The notes: generated from the sequence alone by a model not told the origin. A stretch of DNA of 64,000 nucleotides from Octopus sinensis (GCF_006345805.1 NC_042998.1:135470001-135534000), one strand, 5' to 3'. Shown: positions 13,042 through 27,624, counted from the stretch's first letter. Program-made: numbers and translations.

Positions 13042-13875
13042 CAATGTTTCTCAACCTTTTTACCCTTGCGTAATCCTTAAAATAAATTACTTCTTTCAAG
13101 GAACCCTGTACAAAAAAAATTATATACCATATCTTTCTCATATTTTTCATTGTAGTTCATGTGGTAAATATCATATATATATATATATATATAATCATAT
13201 ATAATATATACACATAGACACACACGCACACACAGACACACACATTAATACTTCTTTGTCAAATTTGTTGGTAATGCTAGATAAGATTCATACTGCTCGT
13301 TTATGATACCTCTTCACAGAGTTTACATTCATGCACAAAGAAAAAAAATCTGAACTGAAACGTAAAGAATAAACATAAGTAACCAATATCATATACCTAT
13401 AATACATAAATGTAAATGGAACAAAAACAGATAATTGTGCATCACTTTATTATTTATTTATCCTTTACTGGCAATGATGAAAAGACAAAAGATAAATCAA
13501 GGCAAAATGTACTGTGAATCAATAAATTATACAAGGAAATGTTACTTTCAAAGGCATTTGATAAAGAGAAATGTGCTTCTCTAATGTTAAACCTGCACCT
13601 ATCTTTTGCTACATAAATACGTAATTCGAGGTCAAACATTAGATAAACATGTATGGATTTCATTTTTAATGGTTGTTATATTTTTTTGATAACATAATAG
13701 GTTAGATAGGATAATGTCTAAATTACAATATTAAAATAACCAATGATATGTTGTACATGTATAGTAATATTACGATCATGAAATTAGTATTAGCTTATCT
13801 CACTCTTTCTCGCAGAACCTCTAGGACCTCTTGTGGAACCCTAGGGTTCTAGGGGACCCCAGTTGAGAAACGCTG
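13042..13875. mobile_element. Non-autonomous hAT (Charlie-like) DNA transposon
   Basis: TIRs caatgtttctcaac / gttgagaaacgctg, with imperfect 8-bp TSDs ccatagag / ctgtagag that resemble the Charlie NTCTAGAN target. Confidence 0.7.
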
Positions 13876-16211
13876 CTGTAGAGTGTCACTCTGAGTGAAC
13901 TTAATCATTGTTATGTAGAAATTTTAATTTTTAGCTCATATTAAGAGAGAGAGAGTTAGGGAGAGAGAGTTAGGGAGAGAGAGAAACAGAAGAGTTATGG
14001 TTTTTATTATTACTTTACATATATATAAGGTGGCAAGCTGGCAGTATTGTTAGCATGTTGTGAAAAATGCTTCGTGGCATTTTGTCCATCTTTACATTAT
14101 GAATTCAAATTCCACTGGGGTTGACTTTGCCTTTCATCCTTTTAAGGTCAATCAATTAAGTACCAGTGAAACACCGGAGTTGATGTAACCACTAGTTAGT
14201 CCCCACCCTTCAAATTTCAGGCCTTTTGCCTTTAGTAGAAAAGATTATTACTTAAGGTGGTAGCATATCAGAATTGTTAGAGCATCAACTAAAATACCTA
14301 GTTAGCTCATTTCGTTCTTTGCTAGTCATTTTTTTAGAGTTGATAAAATAAAATATTATTCCAGTGCTCATGTCAATGGTATTAACTAACAGCAACCCTC
14401 AAATTTCAGGCCTTCTATACATATAAAATATAGTTAAATGAGAGCAGTGGGTTAGTGGATTCCTTAAAATGTCATACAAAATGTCTTGTGGTATTTATCC
14501 TGGCTCCTTATGTTCTTATTTCAAATCTTCATGAGGTCAACTTTACTTTCCATCCTTCTGGGAAATTGGTAAAATAAAGTACCAGTCAAGGACTGGAGGG
14601 TCGATATAATTAACTGTTCCCTTCCCTACAAATTTGTGTTTTGCATCTATGTTTAAAATGATTATTACTGTACATATAGTATTACAAATCATTGTTTATG
14701 AGACATAATTTTTGAAAATAATAAAAGCAGAATTGAATTTCACAGTGGATGAAGGTAATAAAGTATTACATAACTGGTTAAAATGCCAATCATCAGCATT
14801 AAGCAGTGTCGTTGACAATGAGAGTTAACTCTCATATGTGGTGGATTGCTAGAATCATTGTTAGTCTTAGATAAAATACTTGGATTATTTCATTATCATC
14901 AAGGTCATCTTTGCCTTCCATCTCTTTGGGATGATAAAATAAAGTAGCAGTGAATTATAAGGATTGATTAAGCATTTCTATAAAGCACTGCAGTTGTAAA
15001 GGGAATTATAACAAAAGACTAAGATCAACTGTCAGTGATCCAACTCCCTTAAATACGAATACATACCATGAAATGGTTGTTGTTGATTTTCTATAAACAA
15101 CAGAAGGTTTAATATTGGTTTCAAATTTTGGCACAACTGGTACTTAATTTATTGATACTGAAAGGATGAAAGGCAAAGTTAACCTCAGTGGAATTTGCTG
15201 AAGACTTAATATTATAGCCAGATAATGTTGAACTTTTAATCCTTCAATGGAGTGTGAATAAACAACAGAAAATCTCTTTGGTGATTGAAAAAAAGCTCAA
15301 ACCATCACATGACATGCTAGAAATTGAAACTAAGTACCAGACTTCAAAAAAATTACTGAAGTCGATTTTATTCGGCTAAACCCTTCAAAGCGGTGCCTCA
15401 GCAAGGCTGCAGTCTGATGACTGAAACAAGTAAAAGAAAAAAAAAAAGATAAAGTCAAATGAACACAACACTCAAGTGCAATTTTTCTTGTTTTTCAAAG
15501 CGAAAATGCAAAAAATTAAAATTTGTGATTAATGTAGGGGAGATAATTCTACATTAACCGTTGATGTTTGTCAACATTGACGTGGTGTGAGATACTAAGC
15601 AGTTGTATATATTTATTCTCTATTAACTTAGTACATTATGTTGTAAAGAATTTGAATCGTCAACTTGAGACGGATTTGAACTCATTAAATTCCCTCTATA
15701 TACTGCAAAATATCAATCCTTTTCCTATCAATTTTACACTTCTAAAATATATTTTAGCCGATTAAGTCAACATGATGTTACGAAAATAATTGTTACATTT
15801 TTACTCTACTTTGATTTCAATTCCACGTGTTAACTATAAAAAAATACCATAAATTACAGACTTATTCGGTAAATAGAGTGAATTGTAGCGTAATTTCAAC
15901 AAAGAAAAGCGGGTAATATTTTAAAAACATCGTGGTTTCCTTGAAATACTGAAGCGAAAACAATATCGTTTACTCATCGCATCTTTTCAAAATTTCTACC
16001 GATTCTCATACATTACACATTATAATTAATTACACCTTATAATTAATGCTTTTAAATAAAATACTTCCAAGTACCTAAAAGACTTTTTTCTCTTATACTT
16101 TTAAAATTAAAGTATCTTTTACATCACAACACATCAAAATCAAAGTACGTACAAGATACTTTAAGATTTTTTTTTTTCTCTCCCTGCAATATAAGTTGTA
16201 ATGGAAGTTTA

Positions 16212-16325
16212 CTCTACGGCCATATCACGATGAAAACACTGGTTCTCGTTCGATCCCTGAAGTTAAGCAGCGTCAAGCCTAGTTAGTACTTGGATAACCG
16301 CTTGGGAAACCTAGGTGCTGCAAAT
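16212..16325 (+). pseudogene. 5S rRNA pseudogene
   Basis: ctctacggccatatcacgatgaaaacactggttctcgttcgatccctgaagttaagcagcgtcaagcctagttagtacttggat..accgcttgggaaacctaggtgctg matches metazoan 5S. It has substitutions and a ~4-nt deletion in the box C region (ggat-aaccg versus ggatgggtgaccg). Confidence 0.85.
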
Positions 16326-16334
16326 ATCTTAAAG

Positions 16335-16695
16335 TAGGCGCAGGCATGGCAGTGTGATAAGAAGCTTGCTTCCCAACCATATGGCTCAAGAGTTCAATCT
16401 TACTGCGTGACACCTTGGGTAAGTATCTCCTACTATAGCCTCGGGCTGACTAAAGCCTTTATGAGTGGATTTGGTAGATGGAAACTAAAAGAAGCCCTGA
16501 GCGTGTGTGTATCTTTGTGTTTGTTTGCCCCCCGACCATCATCGTTTGGCAAGTGTATTTTTGTCCCCGTAACTTAGCGGTTCGACAAAAAAATTGGAAT
16601 ATATACCAGGTTTTAAAAAACGAGTACTGGGGTCAATTCATTTGACTAAAAAATTTCAAGGTGGTACCCCAGCATGGCCGCAATCTAATGAACAT
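16335..16695 (+). mobile_element. SINE family A
   Basis: Head aggcgcaggcatggcagtgtg and 3' ggtggtaccccagcatggccgcaatc, as in the other copies. Confidence 0.8.
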
Positions 16696-17636
16696 AATAC
16701 AATATCATGCTATAAAACCAGTGTAAGATATCAATGTTTGTTTTGGTAACAACTGTATACAATAAATTCCATGATTAAAATATTATATTGCAAAATTAGA
16801 ACTTTGCATGTCCCATCACTGGTGACTGACATAACAAAAAAATGTCAGTATGAGAAATGAATTGGTCGAAAGATTCGCTTCTGTCAAAAACTTTGATCAT
16901 ACGTTGAATGAAATCTTACGTCTTTTCTAGGTGGGTAGCATCATTCGATCGGCCAGCTTTTACCTTTGTTACTTCCCTTTGGTATACATTGCAATGAAGG
17001 CGGTAGCGATGCAAAACAAGTGCGGTATTATTAAAAGAAAAATGAGTAAGATAAAATTTAAGTGAAATGTTGGACACCTGCAGTATCTAGAATTGGTGTT
17101 TGTCTATTACTCGGTTTCTGATTGTTTTAGATAGGGGGAAATAACTGACAGGGTTGCGATGAAATGATGTTGATAAGAGACAATAATTATATTGAACTTA
17201 TTTACTTACAATTGTTGCTGGATAAAACAGAGATATTTACTTCTACCACAATCTTGATTTCCGATATAAAAAACTGCCACCTTTTACCAGTTTTAGATGG
17301 ATTTAGAAAATCCACTATCAGCGACTTCCAATTCACCTTCAGCAGTGTCCTACTTTATTTTTCGCTTCGCTCTTCTCTCTATCTCTTCTAACAAGTAGTG
17401 TTGTTCAGAATGAAACTTTAGCAGAACAAAACTTCCGGTTGAAGAACGTTGGTAGTTTCCTATTTCAGCATACAACTAATATGGAAAGCATTGAATTGCG
17501 GCTATGCTGGGGCATCGCTTTGAGGGGTTTAATCTAGGGTTGTCAGATCAGAAAATTAGATATACGGGACACTCTTAAAATATCTCTGTATACATATAAA
17601 TTTATACATGTCTATACTCCCAGAACAACATAGAGA

Positions 17637-20600
17637 CATCATCATCATTATCGTTTAACGTCCGCTTTCCATGCTGGCATGGGTTGGACGGTTTGACTGA
17701 GGACTAGCGAGCCAGATGGCTGCACCAGGCTCCAATCTGATCTGGCAGAGTTTCTACAGCTGGATGCCCTTCATAACGCCAACCACTCCGAGAGTGTAGT
17801 GGGTGCTTTTACGTGCCACCGGCACGAGGGCCAGTCAGGCAGCAGTGACAAAGGCCATGCTCAAATGGTGTTTTTTATGTGCCACCTGCACAGGAGCCAG
17901 TCCAGTGGAACCGGCAATGATTTCACTCGAATGTTTTCATGTGCCACCAGCACAAGTGCTAGTAAGGCGACGATGGTAACGATCACGCTCAGATGGTGCT
18001 CTTAGCACTCCACTGGCACGGATGCCAGTCATGCAGTGCTGTCATCGAATTTGATTTCAATTTCGATTTCACTTGCCTCAACAGGTCTTTGCAAGCAGAG
18101 TTTAGTGTCCAATGAAGGAAAGGTACACATAAGCGGGCTGGTTACACCACTGGCATAGGCCACAGGTTATGGCCTCACTTGGCTTGCCAGGTCTTCTCAA
18201 GCACAGCATATTTCCAAAGGTCCCGGTCATTAGTCATTGTCTCGGTGAGGCCTAATGTTTGAAGGTTGTGCTTCACCACCTCATCCCAGGTCTTCCTGGG
18301 TCTACTTCTTCCACAGGTTCCCACAACTGCTAGGGTGTGACACTTTTTCACACAGCTATCCTCATCCATTCTCACCACATGACCATACCAGCGCACTCAT
18401 CTCTCTTGCACACCACATCTGATGCTTCTTAGGTCCAACTTTTCTCTCAAGGCACTTTCACTCTGTCGAGTATGCACACTGACATTACGCATCCAGTGGA
18501 GCATACTGGCTTCATTCTTTGCAAGCTTACGCATGTCCTCAGCAGTCATGGTCCACGTTTCACTGCTATGTAGCATGGCTGTTCGTACACATGCATCATA
18601 CAGTCTACCTTTTACTCTGAGAAAGAGGCCCTTTGTCACCAGAAGAGGTAGGAGTTCTCTGAACATTATCCAGGTTATTCTTTATTCTAGCAGCTACACT
18701 TTTCAGAGCACCCACCCCTTCTACTGACTTGGTCACCTATGTAACGGAAGCTATCAACTACTTCTAATTTTTCTCCCTGGAACGCGGCGGAAGTTGTTCT
18801 CTGCACATTTTCAGTGATTATTGCTCCTGAGCATCTGCCACATTCAAAAACTATCTTCCCAGTTAGCTTCCCTTTGATATTGCTGCACCTTTTATGTGTC
18901 TATTGCTTATACTGGGTACATCTTATAGAGTTTCTACCTAGGCTTTTTCTACAGATCGAGTAGTGCCATCTACTTGAAGGGATTTGTGGTTTGTCTGCCT
19001 TCCTTCTTATTAGGACTTTGGTTTTAGCCAGGTTGACACTAAGGCCTTTCGATTCTAATCCTTCCTTCCACACCTGAAACTTCTCCTCCAGTTCTGATAG
19101 TGACTCAGCAATTAGAGCAAGGTCATCAGCATAGAGGAGCTCCTAGGGGCATCCTGTCTTGAATTCCTCTGTTATTACCTGGAGGACTATGATAAATAGG
19201 AGGGGGCTGAGGACTGAATTTTGGTGGAACCCTACCACTAGCCAGAATTCTTCACTGTCCTTGTTGCCAACCCTCACCTTACTGACAGCGTCCCTGCACA
19301 TGGCTTGCACAGCTCTCACTAACCATTCATCTATCCCTGGTTTCCTCATTGACCACTAGATAAGGGATCGGGGGACCCTGTCAAAGTCTTTCTCCATGTC
19401 AACGAAATCCAGGTACAGAGGTTTATCTTTGGCTAGGTATTTCTCCTGCAGCTATCTTACCAGAAATACGGCATCAGTGGTACTTTTCCCTGGCACAAAC
19501 CCAAACTGCATCTCAATCTAAACTCACTCTCTCCCAAATTAGTTGGGCTATGACCCTCTCCATGACCTTCATTACCTGATCCAACAACTTGATACCTCTG
19601 TAATTATTTGTATCTAAAGCGTCACCTTTACCTTTGTAGCAGCTGACTATAGTGCTGCTACACCAGTCATTCGGTATGACTCCTTCATGTATTACCTGGT
19701 TAACTATAAGGGTGACTAGGCTATAGCCGATACCGCCAGATATTTTGAGCATCTCTCCGGTGATTCCTGATGGGCCAGGGGCTTTCCCTGTCTTCATACT
19801 CTTAATTGCTTTATCTACCAAGGTACTGTCAATTCGGATAGCTGGTCCTTCTGTTGGGTTGACACTCGGCAGACTCTCTTTCTCTCATTCATTCTCTTTA
19901 TTGAGCAACCTGTCATAGTGGTGTCTCTAGTGCAAGTGAACCATCATCCATGCAGACACATTTCTCACCTTCAACATCACGATTCTCTCTCACACACTGT
20001 CTTGCAGCACGAAATACTTCAAGTCTTTGGTCCTCACAGCACAGAACATTCTTTTACTCTTTTACTTGTTTCAGTCATTTGACTGTGGCCATGCTGGAGC
20101 ACCGCCTTTAGTCGAGCAAATCAACCCCAGGACTTATTCTTTGTAAGCCTAGTACTTAATCTATTGGTTTCTTTTACTAAACCGCTGAGTTAGGGGACGT
20201 AAACACACCAGCATCGGTAGTCAAGCAATGTTGTGTGTGTGTGGGGGGGGAAACACAGACACACAAGCATATACACACACACATACACACATACATACAT
20301 ACATACATACATACATACATACATACATACATACATACATACATACATACATACGACGGGCTCCTTTCAGTTTCCGTCTACCAAATTCACTCACAAGGCT
20401 TTGGTCGGCCCAAACCTGAAACCATGTTGTTCGTAAGCAAGCTATTTACCACACAGCCACTCATACGCCATTGGCAATTTTTTTTCTTATCTGCTTCCCC
20501 TCTAGCTAAATAAACCTGTCTCCTAGCTTCCTTTTGGCAGTCTGATACGATTCCCTGCTACCACCATTCTTCCATGCCTTCCAAGCCTGTTTCTTTTCTC

Positions 20601-20790
20601 TAATAGCCCTGTCAACAACATTGTTCCACCACTTTGTTACCTTGGGTCATGAGGGGATTTTGCACCATCCACAGATCTGGTCAGTAGCCCTAAGCAGGTT
20701 GTCCCGTAGAAACCTCCAGTTGTCTTCCATATCATGTGATGCTTTTTCCAATTCTTTTTTGTCAAAGGCTTCAAGTAATACATCTCTAAA
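17637..20790 (-). mobile_element. RTE-clade LINE, 5'-truncated and degenerate
   Basis: RT motifs GKAPGPSGI, NYRGIKLL, SVLSPLLF, LLYADD and RWYGHVVRM..GRPRKTW. The 3' UTR ends in a (GAT)n tail at ~17640. A SINE interrupts it at ~20050-20468. Confidence 0.9.
20050..20468 (-). mobile_element. SINE family A inserted into the RTE
   Basis: Reverse complement of the family A consensus with a central (CATA)n tract. RTE sequence resumes at attggcaa. Confidence 0.8.
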
Positions 20791-21999
20791 TTAGTCGATA
20801 ATATGGCCTTTTATTTTCGTTGTTCAACTTCTGTGAGTTGTAGTACAGTGATTATTTGCAGTTTTGATATCCAGTCTGTAGGTAGTTAACTTCATCTTTT
20901 GCTGACTGCTAGAAGACGAATGGAAAAAGGAGAAGAAAGAGTAAAAGAATCCACCTCTCTGGACAGACGAGTAGATAGGATGAAAATTGTATTGTCGCGC
21001 GATGACAATCCATAAGTGAAGGAAGAGAAATAGTTGCTCTTCGGCTCGGTGCTAAGTGACCAAAGAGGCAGAACCAATTTTGGGTTCCGTATTTATATTT
21101 CTTTCTAATTAAATTAGGTCAGGCTGAACTAAGGATTTTCCATCTCCTGTCTTGTCTGAACCCTATTTAACCTAAGAATGTTCCCTTAAACAACAGAACT
21201 TAACTAAGTGTCACAACTGAGTCTCATACATTTTTAAATGCAAAGGCCATAAACAATAGACAGGAAATGTAGATTCGGTTTCGAATCCTAAATTAGAATC
21301 TAGGAAGCTGCTTGTTACATACATATTAGCTCCACACATACACACACATTACATATGTATGTTGTGTTTGTGTGTGTGTGTGATGATTATAGTTATGCCA
21401 ACTAGTTCTGGCAGCATATGTTCTGAGAAACACCTAGGCGAGTGACTGAAACTATCTTTTCAGATATGTTCTCCTCTAGTATTCCACACACAAGAAAGAC
21501 TTATTGTTCCGTGTCTTGCAAATGGTTCACTCGTAGTTGCACTGAGGTTGACAATATCAGTAGAAACTCCGAAACCAAGAGGTAAATCCCACCCACCACA
21601 ACCAAACGGCATATACCTAGCAACGCAACTCTCTGCAAGACCTCTATCCGAATTACAGATGACTTCATGTTGCCCTGAAGCTGTCTCACCTTCCAAACTG
21701 CACCGATTTTTGGCCCTTTGTCACAAGGATTTCCATCAAATTTGCAAAATGTTCTTTCCTCTCTTTTAATATTAACAATGGCTTTGTAAGCATTAACCTA
21801 GCAAAATAAGCTTTCATCCTTGTTGCTTGTTTTGCATCCAACTTTACAAGTCCTACACTTGGCAAAATCTTTTCCACATTCACACATTTTAACTCATCCA
21901 ATTCATCGCCTTGTATACATGCCCAATGTGAAAGTATCTTCAGTTACTTCAGATTCATAAGACCTCCGGTTTTGACAATGTCCCTTCAATTACCCTCAA

Positions 22000-23020
22000 A
22001 TATTGCACCCCAGAGCTGGTCTCTATACTTACCAAACTGTTATTTGGAGACACGCTTTAAAGTGTTCCACTCCCAAGAAAGGTAACTTCTGATATTGCTA
22101 ACTATCGTCCTATCTCACTTCCATTATCTTTTGGACGGAATAGTCAGCCTTTAACAACGACTTTCCTTGTTACCCTCCAGTGGGCTCTTGCTTTGGAGGA
22201 GTGACATAGTGAAAACAATATAATCGCTCTCGGCATCAGTAAAGCTTTTGGTTATGCCTGAAATGCAAATCTATCGAAACTTTCTGCCTGTAAACTCTAT
22301 CCAGCTCTCATTTCTTGAATCGCTAATTTCTTATCAGATATCACAATCGTGGGTTGTGCTAACATAGGTCTTTTTCTCCCTCGTTTTATCGATTCTGGTG
22401 TAATCCAGGATTAGTTTTGTCCCACTCCCACACACTTTCGTCCTTCTGCACAACAATGATCTTGCCACTTCGCCAAATAACGTCCAGTCTTACGCAAATG
22501 ACATTACTTTCCATACTTCCATAACTCTCAACAATGCTTCATCCATCGTAACCTTGATACCGCATCCCAAATTTATGTATGCATTTATGTGAGTTGGGCG
22601 AAGACCAAGCTGATGCAAGTCGGCGATGGGCCAGGCCCTTCCCCGCTTTATATTGGTCCCGACGTCGTGGGGTTTGTCAGCTCCCCACCTTCCTGGGATC
22701 ACTAGCAATGGAGACCTAACTCCGAAGATCAACCTGAGATGTGATCTGGCCACCGGGGTCATGCACTCTCATGGAAGTCATTTTGGAGTCATTGCTCTAT
22801 CTCCCAGAAGACAAAGCTCCACATCTACAATGCGTCTGTCTTGTCTGTTCTCCTCTATGGAGCAGAAACGCGACTTTTCAGGAAAACTCCGACAAAGAGA
22901 GGATCGACAGCCTTGACACCAGAGTCTTGAGCACCATTGACAACATCAGTTAGTACCATCACGTTTCCAACGAAAAGCTTCTTGCGCACACGCATCAATC
23001 TGCAGTCTCCCTCCTCACAT
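22000..23020 (+). mobile_element. Highly degenerate non-LTR RT fragments
   Basis: Remnants ANYRPISL, KAF and YANDIT, plus an RTE-like KLHIYNAS..SVLLYGAE. Confidence 0.5.
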
Positions 23021-23245
23021 GGTATAGATATGTAAATACTTTCCCAGTGAAACTTGCACTTCATTTTAGAAGCTCTGAGGAAGCTATAAGGTGATGCACA
23101 AGTATTCAGCTTTGAGTGCACTGCATCATATAGCAGAAACGGGTCTAAGTTAATGAAATTCATTGCATAATTCGCTGTTCCTTTGACATTTATTTAATTT
23201 TATATTAGACTCTGTATTCCACGAATGCTTTATTCTGACACATAC

Positions 23246-23320
<75 letters not shown>

Positions 23321-23452
23321 GCATGCACACACACACTCACACACACACACACATACATACGCACACACACACGCATGCATACATACATACATACATACAC
23401 ACACACATACATACATACATCATACATACATACATACATACATACATACATA

Positions 23453-24568
23453 CATGGGTTGGACAAAATAATGGAAACACCTTAAAATTTCAAACAAATT
23501 TATTTTAAAATGGAGTAGGACCGCCTTTGGCAATAGTAACAGCTTTAATTCTACAAGGTATGGGCACATACAAAGTTTGAATTGTTTCCAGAGAAATTTT
23601 TGTCTATTCTTCAGCTAAAACAGTCTCCAGTTCATGTAGTGATGATGGTGGATGATATCGACTCCTTATTTGTTTTTCTAAACTGCACCATAAATGTTCA
23701 ATAATTTTGAGACCTGGGAACTGTGGTGGCCAGATAAGATGTTCAACTTCCCTAGAATGTTCCTCGTGCCATTCAGTAACAACTTTAGCTGTATGAATTG
23801 GTGCATTATCATCATGAAAGATTGTTTCCCTCCAGAAACAGTGCCGTAATCATAAGATGAATTTGATCAGATAAAATGCTTAAATAGTCTTGACTATTAA
23901 TTCTGCCATGAAGGGAAACCATTGGGGCGGCGGACTTCCTAGATATAGCCCTCCAGGTCATCACAGATCCTACCCCATGTTTAACAGTTGGAAGAAGGCA
24001 GTTTGGGCCAAATGCTTCTTTTGGCTGTCTCCACACGTATACTCTGCCGGTGGTCGCAAATATGGTAAAGGGTGACTCGTCCGGGAAAATAACATTCTCC
24101 CACTGCTCTAGGGATCAATTTATAGGTTTTTACTCCACTCCAAACGCTTTGCAACGTTTGTTTTTGAAAGTAGTAGTTTTCTGACTGCAGCCTTCTCGTG
24201 AAATCCGGCTTTGTGCAGCTCCCGACAAACAGTTTTTCTATCTTTCTCAAAGGCTGTCATTACTTTTGAGACAGTACTTCTTGATACACCAAACATTTCG
24301 GCTGTTTTCGTTACACTAGCGGCTGCCATACGAGCACCAAGAATTTTACCTCTTTAAAAGTCCGATAGATCTGTCATTTTAAAGAATTTCAATTACTTTT
24401 TTCTGATGATATCTGTAAAGAAACAACAACTTTAGCAAAACATATTAAACAGCGCTAATGATAAATAAAAAACCCCATAAAAATAAATAAGCTTTTGACG
24501 GTTTTATAGATATTTCAAAACTATGATGCTATGATGCTAGGTGTTTCCAATATTTTGTCCAACCCCTG
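23453..24568 (-). mobile_element. Tc1-like DNA transposon, defective
   Basis: TA-flanked TIRs catgggttggacaaaataatggaaacacct / aggtgtttccaatattttgtccaacccctg. Transposase remnants PTVKHGVGSVM, DDNAPIH and WPPQFPGLKIIEHLW. Confidence 0.85.
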
Positions 24569-24584
24569 TACATACATATATACA

Positions 24585-25300
24585 TGGTGCAGTCGACTTT
24601 GGAATCTCTTGCAACTCTTCTGGACGATCTCCTTGTTTAAGTTGGTGAATGTTGCCATAATCCTTGCCTTCAGTTCATCTTTGGTTACAAAGGGTTTTGC
24701 TGGTCTCTCGCTCAGCTGCGCCCCCACCTACAATAATCAAGTAGGTTACAGTCTGGGGAGTTAGGTGGCCTGATGTTAGGGGGATGTGGTCGCAGAAATT
24801 GTCCGGCAGCTATGACTGGGTTCTCCTGCTTGTGTGGCATGGTGCAGAGTCCTGTTACCAGACATAGGGTCTTCCAGCAGTAGCCTCTTGCCCCAGGGCA
24901 GCGCTACCTCTTCCAGGTTCTTGATGTAGGCTTCCGTGTTGAATTGGAGGCCATGTGGAGAGATGAATGGAGGCATCACGTCGCCATCACTAGTGATCAC
25001 TCCAAACATCATGATGTTGACTGGATGTTTGATTTTTATCATTCTCGGTAATGTTTTGGGGATACGGCAAGCCAACGATTGTTCTCTACGTTCACCGTCT
25101 GTTCGTATTGGAGCTTCTGGCGCGAATGCCAAACAGTACAGCATATCGTTTTCAAATTTCTGGCTGGGTGAATTGCGTCATGGTGTCGTTTTTCTTACAG
25201 AGGGCGCCCACCTGACCCTACTATACTGTGTGGTCGACAAAATCCAAAACAAACAATTCGCATGCGTGAAATTAAAAATATAAAATGCGACAATTTATTC
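24585..25300 (-). mobile_element. Tc1/mariner-superfamily (maT-like) transposase fragment
   Basis: KHPVNIMMFGVITSDGDVMPPFI, QDSAPCH and PNSPDCN motifs in broken frames. Confidence 0.65.
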
Positions 25301-25334
25301 ATCGCACAGTTTATTAGTATCGTTGTTTAAGCGA

Positions 25335-25625
25335 TACCCTTTTCTTTTACCTTTTTCTTATTTCAGTCATTGAACTGCAGCCTTGTTGGGGTACCACCTT
25401 GAAGGATTTTAGTCGAATAGAGCAAACCCAGCATTTATTTTTGTAAGTTTGATACTTATTTTATCGTTGCTGAACCGCTAGATTTCAGGGAATTATGTAA
25501 GACAATACTGGTTGTCAAGCAGTGGGGGGAAACACAGGACCAAAGACACACACACGCCCCCACCCTCCCCACAAAGACACACACTAAAACGACAGGCTTC
25601 CACAAAGTTTCTGTCTACCAAATTC
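25335..25625 (-). mobile_element. SINE family A, partial
   Basis: Reverse complement of the family A 3' and middle parts. Confidence 0.65.
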
Positions 25626-26159
25626 ATATATAGAATATAAAGGGTTTAGTTCACTTGTGATCCAAACGAATAGGTAAGCTAAGTGCTATAGTAGGTCGAC
25701 CGTTAGGTTCCAACATCACAGCTAAGCCTGTATCTAGGGTACCGTGTTAGGGTTCCGTTATAGCAGGTGTATATTATATTAGAGAAGAAATAAAGACCAA
25801 GGCAGAACGAGTATCTCAAGTCATTTAGAATAATTTAATTTGGAGTCTTATACCCGCTTCTGGAATAACCCAAACGGTCGGTTAACATGTCCATGCACTG
25901 GGTATGGCGTCATTAGAGACAAAGTATAAATATTTTAGACGGGGAAAAATTTACAGTTTACGTGGAATAAAATTCACAGCTTATGGGGAATGAAATAGAA
26001 GAATAAAGAATAAAAGTAGTTAGAAGAATATAGGCAGGAGAATAATGTTCATAACTCATCTTTTCCCAGAGGATATGGATGTTGGTCGGTACTTCCATGA
26101 AGGTACAGGTCTTTAGTTAAAATCCCAGATAAATCCAGGTAGTATTTTGGCAAAATATT

Positions 26160-26495
26160 CTAAGGACTACAGGATTTGGAGTTGGAAGTTCTCCATCATC
26201 CACCATATTCATCTGATCTTGCCCCCACTGACTACCACGTCTTCCAGAATTTAGATAATTTTTTGATAGGAAAAAAATTTAATTCCAATGATACTGTAAA
26301 ACAGGCCTTCCAAGATTTTATTGACTCTAGGTTGCCAGGTTTTTACAGTTCCGGGCTGGATAAGCTACCACTGAAATGGCAAAAGTATATTGACAATATG
26401 GGTGCATACTTTGATGAATAAAACTGTTCATTGTATTTATAAAACATTAGCAAACTTTTTTTCCTTTCTACATATTTCATACTTGACGACCTAAT
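26160..26495 (+). mobile_element. Mariner 3' fragment with right TIR
   Basis: HPPYSSDLAPTDYHVF..GAYFDE, ending in atttcatacttgacgacctaata. Confidence 0.8.
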
Positions 26496-26705
26496 ATAAG
26501 TACATATATTTATTTTGTACATATATTAATTTCGTATATATTTTATTTCGTACATATATTTATTTTGTTTTTCCAATGACATAAAGTTAATAAAAAATAA
26601 GACTTTTTATTTTTAGATAACTGACTTTTATTTTAACGGAAAATATAATGTTCCTTTATGAATAAAAAATAAAAAAACAACATAGAGGAGAATTGAGAAA
26701 TTCGG

Positions 26706-26738
<33 letters not shown>

Positions 26739-27068
26739 ATCGATCTCTATTAAACGAATTTTTGATATGAAAGGACGTTTCTATTCAAAACTTAGCTATT
26801 CGATAAGGAGAGAGCGATAAAACATTATTACTATTCTCAAACAAGTACAGGGGTCGACACGATCAACTAAAACCGTCGAAAGCAGTACCACAGTATAGCC
26901 GCAGTCCAATGGTTGAAACCAGAAAAAAGAATAATATGAATGGTGCGCATTTTATAGATTTCGGAAAGATGAAAGGCAAAGTGGACCTTGGTGGAATTTG
27001 AATTAAAAAGTTATAAGGACTCGGTGAAACAGTGTTAAGCAGTTTGTCGTATATTGTATTCTGCCATC

Positions 27069-27562
27069 TCAGTGTTCTTCGTAAGATTTAATGATGAAAT
27101 CCCATTCCTTTTCAATTTCGTCTCTTGGTTTCTTCCAAATACTGTGAAGGAGAGGCCAGCCAGTGGCAGCTGTTACCAATGGATAATCATTAGAAGGATT
27201 TCTTACATACGTGTACCAACCAATAGCCAAAGTTTGGGAAATTCGACAACAGATTAACAAAAGCAAAGCATTACGTTCAGCTGAGTTCATATGAAATTCC
27301 GACAAATAGCCAGCTAATGTATGGCCACTGACATTGATTGCATCGACCTGTTTGTTGCTAGTCATCATGTAAGCTAAAGCTATGGCAATGTCATATATGA
27401 AATATGAAAAACTAGCATCGGCAAAATCGATCATTCCTGATATAACAAAATCAGGTTTATTCTTTTGCGATGTTATGCTTTCATTACTGGATTCTTGTTT
27501 AATAGATGAATGGCGTTCCTCGACTAAAACGTTCAAATCACTGAGGTCACCGTGGATTTGAC
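27069..27562 (-). CDS. HYKK: Hydroxylysine kinase / AGPHD1-like, exon 5 (last)
   Basis: Acceptor ttctttcccag|GT. Encodes GQIHGDLSDLNVLV (Brenner HGDxxxxN motif) and GMIDFAD, ending at a stop. Confidence 0.85.
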
Positions 27563-27624
27563 CTGGGAAAGAAATAATTAGATATTAGACAGAACCAAGA
27601 ACGAAGTAGGTATTTCAACGTTAA

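Noticed and set aside
17425-17445. ETS-like CCGGAAGT motif as the HDHD3 promoter
   Set aside because: A single 8-mer with no linkable 5' exon is not sufficient evidence.
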